A DNA stretch of 32,000 nt from contig NZ_CP042905.2 of assembly GCF_008000775.2 (NCBI RefSeq), forward strand, positions 2,190,001-2,222,000, read 5' to 3'. The position numbers were made by a program, and so were the translations under genes. The notes beneath the pieces are model-generated. The model saw nothing but the letters and a program-made list of their open reading frames with translations, was not told the origin of the DNA and did not search any database. The stretch comes from Promethearchaeum syntrophicum (GTDB lineage: Archaea; Asgardarchaeota; Lokiarchaeia; Sigyniarchaeales; Promethearchaeaceae). The first letter of the stretch is position 1; every line of letters starts with the position of its first letter. This document shows, piece after piece, positions 25,396-32,000 of the stretch.

Positions 25396-26238
25396 ATGAA
25401 ACATTTTTGGATTATCAATTCTTACAGTTCCGTAGCGTTATTCTATCGAAATTATTCTAATTTTACGTTGGATCAGGATTTGATTTCTGGTTTTTTAATG
25501 GCTTTAAACTCCTTCTCGGAGGTTGAACTGAAATCTCATGGGATCTCTTCCATTATCATGGGTGGACTTTCTTGGGTTTACTACGATCCCCGCGATTCTG
25601 GTTTAATGTTTGTAGCGGCTGATGATGTTAAATCAAATACCGAAGTCATGCGTTCCAGATTGGAAGTTATTTTTAAAATGTTTGTTCAACAATATGATAT
25701 AACTTCTAAAAAAATGCAATCTCTTGTCGATCAAAGTAAATATGTAGAATTTCAGGAAACACTCGATATGCTGGAAAAACAGTGGAAGCAAGCTGAAACG
25801 ATCTTAGAGGGTGGAGCAGCACTTATTTTTGACCTTCTCGGAATATTTCAACAATTATTTAATCAATTTAACCACATAATCCAAACTACCTTTTTTAAGG
25901 AAGAAAATGAAAAGGTTATGGATCAAATCGGTGAAATGCTGGAAAATCTAAATACCATGCCAGAATTTACGGATAATCCTGAACTTTCAAACATATCATT
26001 CGACGAACATGGATGGGATATTATCACCTTAAATCCACTCAAAATAGAGTTGGATGTCCTAAAAAGAACATTGACCCTCATAACTATCCATTTAAATAAT
26101 GTTTTGAAAGAAAATTTAACGGATTATGGGAGAATGAATGCTTATATAAACCACCTTTTTCCTTATATAATGGCACAGTATGAATTACTCGAAAATTTGG
26201 GAGTTCTCCATGATCTTCTTAGAATTTTCTTGCAATAA
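25396..26238 (+). CDS. Paralog 3 of the longin/roadblock-like family
   Basis: 280 aa starting 'MKHFWIINSYSSVALFYRNYSNF...'. A GAGGG motif lies about 12 nt upstream of the ATG. It is collinear with paralog 2. Confidence 0.75.
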   Translation: MKHFWIINSYSSVALFYRNYSNFTLDQDLISGFLMALNSFSEVELKSHGISSIIMGGLSWVYYDPRDSGLMFVAADDVKSNTEVMRSRLEVIFKMFVQQYDITSKKMQSLVDQSKYVEFQETLDMLEKQWKQAETILEGGAALIFDLLGIFQQLFNQFNHIIQTTFFKEENEKVMDQIGEMLENLNTMPEFTDNPELSNISFDEHGWDIITLNPLKIELDVLKRTLTLITIHLNNVLKENLTDYGRMNAYINHLFPYIMAQYELLENLGVLHDLLRIFLQ

Positions 26239-26250
26239 AAACCCATAAAA

Positions 26251-27141
26251 CTAACTTGATTCTTTTTTTTTCTCATCGGTATAATATTGTTTAATGCAAT
26301 CTGCACATAAACCATGCGAAAATAGCAATTTAGAATGATCTGAAAAATATTGCTCAATTTGATGCCAATTTCCTTCATCATCTTTAATTTTCTTACAATG
26401 GGCACAAATAGATAAGATGTTACCGATAATCTTTGCTTTTGCCTTATCTGCTGAAAAAATAAGAATTTTGAGCAATTGTGGCTCAAGTGCAAAAGATAAA
26501 CTTGAAATCAATGCCCCTAAACCGATTGATATCATCATAATACCTGGAAGAATTTTTGTTAATCGAGTTATATAAAACACAAATGAAAAAATACCGAAAA
26601 AGAAACCTCCAAGTAAAGTTAAACTAGCTTTCTTTTTTAGCGATTTAGGAGCTTTAATAAAAATCATTAAGCAGAACACGAAATATAATAGTGCGATTTG
26701 AGCTGTAAATATGGATAACCAAGTATGGTAAACATCGTTTGTTTGAAAACTAGGGCTTCCAGATGCTAAAAAAATGGGCTTAATTGCTTCAGAACTTAAA
26801 GAGGAAATAATTACTCCTGCTGCTGAAAATCCAAAGAGAAGAGTTTTAATCGGATCTAATGAACCCCGATAAAAACTATCTAAAACATATATCAATAAGA
26901 GTGTGGCGGGGATTAGAATAAGAATTTCCCATTTAAATAATTCCCTCGATTGAATAAGAAGCGCGACACCTCCTAAAGCCATATAAAGAAATACGAAATC
27001 CCAGATAATCACTATTAAATAATGAAATCTGTGTTTTACTTTCAGATATTCTCGAAACATTATCGTCCCGCTTATCAACATGAGAAATGCAGCAAGAAAA
27101 TAATTAAAAACTTCGATATTCCAATTCAATGTTAAGATCAT
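26251..27141 (-). CDS. 7TM membrane protein with C-terminal cytosolic CxxC...CxxC zinc-ribbon-like module
   Basis: 296 aa with seven predicted hydrophobic helices. The C-terminal module is 'ICAHCKKIKDDEGNWHQIEQYFSDHSKLLFSHGLCADCIKQYY' (Cys codons between 26296 and 26406). Confidence 0.7.
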   Translation of the reverse strand: MILTLNWNIEVFNYFLAAFLMLISGTIMFREYLKVKHRFHYLIVIIWDFVFLYMALGGVALLIQSRELFKWEILILIPATLLLIYVLDSFYRGSLDPIKTLLFGFSAAGVIISSLSSEAIKPIFLASGSPSFQTNDVYHTWLSIFTAQIALLYFVFCLMIFIKAPKSLKKKASLTLLGGFFFGIFSFVFYITRLTKILPGIMMISIGLGALISSLSFALEPQLLKILIFSADKAKAKIIGNILSICAHCKKIKDDEGNWHQIEQYFSDHSKLLFSHGLCADCIKQYYTDEKKKESS

Positions 27142-27280
27142 TTATTTATGAGCACTCTTTTTTAAAACCACTTTATCTAATCAAATAATTTCTTTCATTT
27201 ATTATCATATTTTTGGAAACATTCTAATTAGAATTAATAATTTTTCTGATTTAGTTTAAATTCAATCTTCCTTCTTTGAT

Positions 27281-28573
27281 TTAAACCGATATCGGTGGTG
27301 AAGTGAGATTTATATCGATTTTTCGTAAGGAAAGTAAAAATATTATCAAAACAATTGATGATAAACTCGCTAATATGATATAGCTGTATTGATAATTTAT
27401 ATTTACCAGAAATCCAACCCAGATAGGGGTTATTCCAAAACCGATTCCTGCTGCTAATTCTCCAAAATTTATATATTTTGAACTTCCTGTCTTAGAAGAA
27501 TAATCAAAATTAATCCGAATCACCAATCCTTGCTTAAGTCCCGTAGAAAGCCCCATAAGTACAGTTGCTGAGACAATGAATACAATATTTGAGGAAAAAA
27601 TCATAAATATAGCGCAAAAAGTGTCAAATAATAATAACCATTGGGTCAAAAGTTTCTTCTTTCGAATGGCCTGCGTTCCTATCCAATTCATTCCAAGAAC
27701 CTGTAAACCTTGTTGAAGGAAAATAAAAAGATAGCGCCAATATGATTGAAAATTTGCAGATTTTAAATTAAATGGAAATATAAAGTTATACATCGATTTT
27801 GCCATTGTGAAATAAATATTCAGAGTCCAAGCAATGAATGCGGGGAAAATAAGGTGTACGAGTGAAATATTTGCAAGAGCTTTCTTTGGAATTATATCCT
27901 CTAAACGGTGCTCGTCTTTTGTAATATGAGATTTAATGAGTAGGATTTCATTATTTTTTTTTTCTGCAGGAATGATTTTTTTTTCTCGTTCCAAAAGAAA
28001 TCCTATTGGAATTAATCCAAATGCAATAATACAAGCAACAATTAGCGCAATATAATCATTTTTCCAGAGAATTACTAAGAAAAACCCTATGATGTAGCCC
28101 CCTAAAATACCTAAATTCCATGATGTGTTAAAATGATGAAAATTCTCATCACTTTGCTCTTTGGTAGAAATTTTCTGCCACATACTTATTTCCATCATTG
28201 TGTTAGGCCAAAATAACCCTAATGAAAGCCCTTCGATCAATTGCATGACCACTAAAATGATAGGAGTAAAAAATAAGATCTGAGAAATGTACGAAATACT
28301 GCTTAAAAACAAGGAAAGAATGATCGCTTGCCTTCTTCCTATCATTTTTGCAATTATTTGCCCGATAAATGGTGTAATAATATAGGCTAGTGCAGTGGAA
28401 GATGAAATCACTCCAATTAACTCTGGATCCATATTAATTGTGTAGATTAAATAATTTGGGAGTGCAGAAAAAAAAAGTGACTGACATAATGTTTTCATTA
28501 TGAGTAATAAATACAATGACCAAGTTCGATACGATCGCTGGTTTTGAGGTTTTTCTTTAATTTTTTTTTGCAC
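27281..28573 (-). CDS. Major facilitator superfamily transporter
   Basis: 430 aa with about 12 hydrophobic helices. An MFS motif-A-like sequence, 'GQIIAKMIGRRQAIILS', follows TM2. The track start is GTG 28573, and internal ATG alternatives exist. Confidence 0.75.
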   Translation of the reverse strand: MQKKIKEKPQNQRSYRTWSLYLLLIMKTLCQSLFFSALPNYLIYTINMDPELIGVISSSTALAYIITPFIGQIIAKMIGRRQAIILSLFLSSISYISQILFFTPIILVVMQLIEGLSLGLFWPNTMMEISMWQKISTKEQSDENFHHFNTSWNLGILGGYIIGFFLVILWKNDYIALIVACIIAFGLIPIGFLLEREKKIIPAEKKNNEILLIKSHITKDEHRLEDIIPKKALANISLVHLIFPAFIAWTLNIYFTMAKSMYNFIFPFNLKSANFQSYWRYLFIFLQQGLQVLGMNWIGTQAIRKKKLLTQWLLLFDTFCAIFMIFSSNIVFIVSATVLMGLSTGLKQGLVIRINFDYSSKTGSSKYINFGELAAGIGFGITPIWVGFLVNINYQYSYIILASLSSIVLIIFLLSLRKIDINLTSPPISV

Positions 28574-28714
28574 AAGCCTTCAATTATCCCAATTTACGTT
28601 TAATCTTAAAGTTTAAGCTTCAAGTATGTTTTTTAAGTTCTAATTCTGGATTATAGAGGTAAATGTTAATATAATGATGAATGAATCTTTATAACTCAAT
28701 TTTATTTATCTTTT

Positions 28715-29035
28715 TTATTCATTAAAAATATCAAGAAGGCGTTTTATTCCTTGGATTTGTTCTTTATTCAAGGTTTTAACATGAATCCCTTGTTGATCTT
28801 TCTTTTGATTATCTAAAGAATATCCAATTTCAATGGATAATTTACCCGGATCATGTTTATATTTAATAGAATTGATGAATTCTGATCTAATTTTTTCAGG
28901 GGTTTTTGACATTTTAAGTTTAGAAGTGATTTGGGTGTTTTTTTTTGGTATCTGAGGTTCCCATTTCTTTTTTGATTTTATATTTCTCTCCGTTTTCCCC
29001 CAATCAATATTAATTTTCATCTGATCTGAACTCAT
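28715..29035 (-). CDS. Hypothetical basic protein
   Basis: 106-aa ATG ORF overlapping the upstream gene's stop by 4 nt (ATGA). It is Lys-rich and I recognise no motif. Confidence 0.5.
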   Translation of the reverse strand: MSSDQMKINIDWGKTERNIKSKKKWEPQIPKKNTQITSKLKMSKTPEKIRSEFINSIKYKHDPGKLSIEIGYSLDNQKKDQQGIHVKTLNKEQIQGIKRLLDIFNE

Positions 29036-29568
29036 TTTCGATTCTCCTCGACTATTTGTTTGGCTTGATCGATCAAACCTTCAGTAACACTCTCCTCTAA
29101 ATATTTCTCTAATGCTTTAGAAAATAAATCCCCAATAGATTCTAAGTGCGGAGATATCTTAACTAATTCCTTCAAAATTTGTGTTGAATACTCGTCCATT
29201 TTTAAGGGTAAAAAAAAATCGTTCTTTGCCTCAAAAATATTACCATCTATGATATTTTCATATATTTTAATTAAATTGGATAAATTGGGAAGTTCTAAAC
29301 TCGAAAGCGTCGTTGGATTAGTTGAAAATAACCTAATTAAACGATCTTGTTGCTTAGAAATTTTCTTACCTTCATATATTCTAAATTTTGAATCTGGATT
29401 TAAACATCGCGTCACAGTAGCTTGCAATATTCCAGGACTCACAATTTTAGATTTTTGAATATCATGATAAGAAATAGGTTCGATTTGCTGATTTATATAA
29501 TTAAAAACAAGTCGATCATTTAGATCAGGTTGTCTCGTTTTACTTGGTTTTGACGGCAATGCAATCAA
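29032..29568 (-). CDS. Hypothetical protein (possible DNA-binding N-terminus; weak)
   Basis: 178-aa ORF from TTG 29568, so the start is uncertain. It is preceded by an intergenic region with three copies of a 12-mer. It appears translationally coupled to the 106-aa gene. Confidence 0.5.
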   Translation of the reverse strand: MIALPSKPSKTRQPDLNDRLVFNYINQQIEPISYHDIQKSKIVSPGILQATVTRCLNPDSKFRIYEGKKISKQQDRLIRLFSTNPTTLSSLELPNLSNLIKIYENIIDGNIFEAKNDFFLPLKMDEYSTQILKELVKISPHLESIGDLFSKALEKYLEESVTEGLIDQAKQIVEENRK

Positions 29569-29579
29569 ATAAAAGAATT

Positions 29580-29740
29580 AATACTACTATTTAAAATTGC
29601 ATTAGGCCCACAACACTAGTTAGCATTTCTAAATTATTTAAAATTGATTAAATAGTAATATTTAGTTTAAAAATTTAACTGAATATTGACTTTCTCACAG
29701 ATTTAGAATTCACTAAATACTACTATTAAATACTACTATT
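29580..29740. repeat. Three direct copies of AATACTACTATT plus one inverted TACTATTTAA in a promoter region
   Basis: Direct copies are at 29580-29591, 29716-29727 and 29729-29740, the last two in tandem. The inverted partial copy is at 29648-29657. Confidence 0.6.
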
Positions 29741-29790
29741 TAACATATATATTCCAATGCAGATATCAAATAACTGGGTTTAAATCGATC

Positions 29791-30039
29791 TTACATGAAT
29801 GCTAAAAGTTTCTTTAATCTCTTTATGTTGTGTCGTACTGAGTTCTGAGTATTTGAAAGTCCTGTGATCGTTGAATTCTTGAATTTACTTGAATAGATTG
29901 ATTGGTGTGTGTCAAATTTTGAAGTTTCACTAAGATGTTCTTTGCAATTAACGAAAACTTCATCATTTTCGAGATCAAAATAAAGATTTAAACCCATATG
30001 AAAAATAATAAAAAAAATGCTAAAGAAGCCAGCTAACAC
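29791..30039 (-). CDS. Doubtful small ORF with hydrophobic N-terminus
   Basis: 82 aa. It lies between two same-strand genes. There is no motif support. Confidence 0.25.
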   Translation of the reverse strand: MLAGFFSIFFIIFHMGLNLYFDLENDEVFVNCKEHLSETSKFDTHQSIYSSKFKNSTITGLSNTQNSVRHNIKRLKKLLAFM

Positions 30040-30097
30040 GATATAATCATTTTCATGTTATTTACATCATACGCAATGGTGATTATATTGAACTATC

Positions 30098-32000
30098 TTA
30101 GTTTAAATCTTGAATATGGGTGTTTTGAATTATAATATTACGACTTTTTTTGAGTTTCTCTAATTCCTTCTCCCATCTTTTTGGATTGTCGGTATCCCAT
30201 TCCTTCAAAAGACTTAAAACCTCTTCTTGAAGGCTTAAATGTTGGATTACTGTTTTCTTATTTTCCCACCACTTTCGTAATAAAAATATTGCCTTTCTCG
30301 GACCGTTTCCTCCTAATGAATTCAACCATTTACAGAAATGTGGAGCAAAATAGAATAGAATATTATCTTGAAGCAGAGAATCTTCATAAAATTTCGCAAG
30401 ATCAATATCTGGAGTGTATTGGTATACCTGTTGATAAGTGATCGAAATTTTCAACAGTATATCTTGTATGTCTCGTTCATCTATCCAATCTTCATCAATA
30501 CGCATACGTTTTAAATCTCTCTCTAACCTGGCTATTTGTCGCCATTTTTGCCATTTTTTGGTAAAGGGTGAATCTTTCTTTAAAATTTCTGTTAATTTTC
30601 CTGGATAATCGCCTGATTGCTCAGGTTGTTCAGATTGTTCATAGTAATTTCTAAAGGCTATAAAGATTAGTTCCTCATAGTAATCGTAATTCTGGTATTG
30701 ATCCGAGAAGATATCATACTCTTTAATTCTTTTTTCAAGTAAATCATATTTCTTCAAATTTAACAGGATTAACAACTCGATTTGTGCTTCAGCTATTGTG
30801 AGTTGCTGTTGTTCTTTAAGATTTTCAATAATTTTAAGAACACGATCGTAAAGTCCAACTAGAAATGCGCGTTCCAAGTAAAACACGATATATCCTTTTT
30901 TAGATTTCGGTTCATTTTTGACCGTAAAATCAAGAAGATCTTCCCATTCGATGGACTTATTAGCAATTAATTGGCTTGCAATAATATCATATAGAATAAT
31001 TTCTAAAGATTGTGCAATCTTGTGGGTTTCACTTTCGATAATTGAATTTAATTCATTTGCTTTTAAATTCAAGCGTCTGATGAGATTTCTTGTATAAACA
31101 TAACCTATTTTTTTAGATTCGACCAGTTTTAAGAAGACTTCAATTTTAACAGTTAAATCAAATTCTGAAGCAGGACCAATTATTTCCCAAACGGTTTCTT
31201 TTTCAATTTCTGAAGTGCAATTACTTAAATATGTTATAAATTTGGAGAGAGGTTCGTTAATATTCAAATATTCTTTCAATTCCTGCCTTACTTCTCCATT
31301 ATCAATGTAAATAGATTTTAATCGGATATATAACCGGATTTTTTCTTCTAGAATATTTTCCCTTTTCCCAATCTCCTTAACTAAATCTGTGGAAGACTCG
31401 GAATTTGGGCTTTCCTGCAAATATTTGATTATTTCTGTGTTAGTTCGGGATTTTAAATATACTATATGGCTTTTCATGCGTTCTTGTTCTAGTTGCTGTT
31501 TGAGTTGCTCATGCTCTAAAATTCCTTGTTCATACATATTCGATTCTTCTTCGTCTATATTTCCTTCACTATCCATGATTTCTGTATCATTTTCGCCTTG
31601 TTCATCTTCAAATTCATCGAAATCGCCATCAAGATTATTTCCTTCAAAATCAGATTCTGTCTCAGGATCGAAACCTTTGGTCATTCCTCTTATTATCTTT
31701 GTATTAGCTGAGGGTGATTGAAATTGTTGAATTGAGATTTGTTTTAGATTCTCAGGTAAAATCTTCAATTGATGGTCAATCTTTTCTAAAACCCCAGTAA
31801 GCTTAACCATTACATCATTGGTTGAAGGCCCCGATAGGGTAGGAGATATTTCATTAGAAACATTACCAATATTTGATTGAATAATCTCTTGGTTCTTGTT
31901 ACGTGTAACATTCTCTATACTTCTCGCTTCTCCATTATCATTACTTTTTCGTTGAGTATTCACAGATTCTGCTAAATCTTTCACATCTGAAGGAACTGTG
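30098..32000 (-). CDS. Large hypothetical protein with an acidic D/E-rich segment and long helical regions; 5' end possibly beyond the window
   Basis: The track starts at GTG 31984, but the frame stays open to the window edge. The acidic stretch is 'DFEGNNLDGDFDEFEDEQGENDTEIMDSEGNIDEEE', followed by about 450 aa of helical, repeat-like sequence. I recognise no family. Confidence 0.6.
   Translation of the reverse strand, partial: TVPSDVKDLAESVNTQRKSNDNGEARSIENVTRNKNQEIIQSNIGNVSNEISPTLSGPSTNDVMVKLTGVLEKIDHQLKILPENLKQISIQQFQSPSANTKIIRGMTKGFDPETESDFEGNNLDGDFDEFEDEQGENDTEIMDSEGNIDEEESNMYEQGILEHEQLKQQLEQERMKSHIVYLKSRTNTEIIKYLQESPNSESSTDLVKEIGKRENILEEKIRLYIRLKSIYIDNGEVRQELKEYLNINEPLSKFITYLSNCTSEIEKETVWEIIGPASEFDLTVKIEVFLKLVESKKIGYVYTRNLIRRLNLKANELNSIIESETHKIAQSLEIILYDIIASQLIANKSIEWEDLLDFTVKNEPKSKKGYIVFYLERAFLVGLYDRVLKIIENLKEQQQLTIAEAQIELLILLNLKKYDLLEKRIKEYDIFSDQYQNYDYYEELIFIAFRNYYEQSEQPEQSGDYPGKLTEILKKDSPFTKKWQKWRQIARLERDLKRMRIDEDWIDERDIQDILLKISITYQQVYQYTPDIDLAKFYEDSLLQDNILFYFAPHFCKWLNSLGGNGPRKAIFLLRKWWENKKTVIQHLSLQEEVLSLLKEWDTDNPKRWEKELEKLKKSRNIIIQNTHIQDLN

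Noticed and set aside
26163-26492. 109-aa minus-strand ORF overlapping the end of longin-like paralog 3 and the 7TM gene.
   Set aside because: It is out of frame with the 7TM-zinc-ribbon ORF, which explains this region better. It overlaps two supported genes.
28673-28680. AATGATGA, a C-box-like motif, in the intergenic region, considered as a possible C/D box sRNA. A weaker ATGATGG lies near 20092.
   Set aside because: No D box (CTGA) lies at the expected distance of 45-70 nt downstream. There are no C'/D' boxes and no terminal stem. The motif alone is expected by chance in AT-rich DNA.
29249-29458. Antisense ORF in the 178-aa gene. The same reasoning covers 30181..30441, 31389..31721 and 31526..31711 inside the large acidic protein gene.
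   Set aside because: They are Ser/Cys/Phe-rich low-complexity translations antisense to a long uninterrupted ORF, so they are shadow ORFs.
1-32000. I looked for CRISPR arrays, tRNA/rRNA genes, transposases or integrases, and toxin-antitoxin or known defence-system genes.
   Set aside because: I saw no regularly spaced direct repeats, no T-loop-like GTTCRANYC contexts in gene-free regions, and no ORF with recombinase, nuclease or defence-type motifs I could recognise. The only repeats are those reported above.

Overview
Very AT-rich (about 30% GC by eye), gene-dense prokaryotic window with about 36 plausible CDSs and no rRNA, tRNA or CRISPR array that I can see. The content looks archaeal: an archaeal-type MetRS with a Trbp111 tail, a UPF0147-like small protein, poly-T terminators, and many lineage-specific paralogous and small membrane proteins. 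An Asgard (Lokiarchaeia-like) origin is plausible, but that is inference only. Recognisable genes are metG, a GH2 glycosidase, a GH38 alpha-mannosidase homolog, a heliorhodopsin, a JAB/MPN protein, a lipoyl-less E2/CAT-fold acyltransferase-like protein, a CPBP protease, a membrane-tethered wHTH regulator, a HAD phosphatase, an ArsB/NhaD/CitMHS-type permease and an MFS transporter. The main hunt results follow. (1) A peroxiredoxin-like redoxin gene is split in the ORF track by one in-frame TGA. That TGA falls exactly on the first Cys of the CxxC motif, so this is a candidate UxxC selenoprotein, and a structured 3' UTR follows it. The gene lies just downstream of the heliorhodopsin. (2) Three paralogs of a roughly 280-300 aa family all start MKH[FI]W and have a longin/roadblock-like N-domain. 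(3) A segmental duplication contains an 80-bp non-coding core that is 95% identical between copies. The core holds a TATA-like box and a CACGTTCGTG palindrome. One copy abuts a start-less copy of another gene's 3' end. (4) The GH38 homolog has lost its metal ligands and nucleophile, and the GH2 enzyme has Glu->Asp at the acid/base position. (5) A 7TM protein carries a C-terminal CxxC...CxxC module. (6) Several repeated operator-like motifs sit upstream of putative regulators. All family assignments were made by eye from motifs, with no database search.
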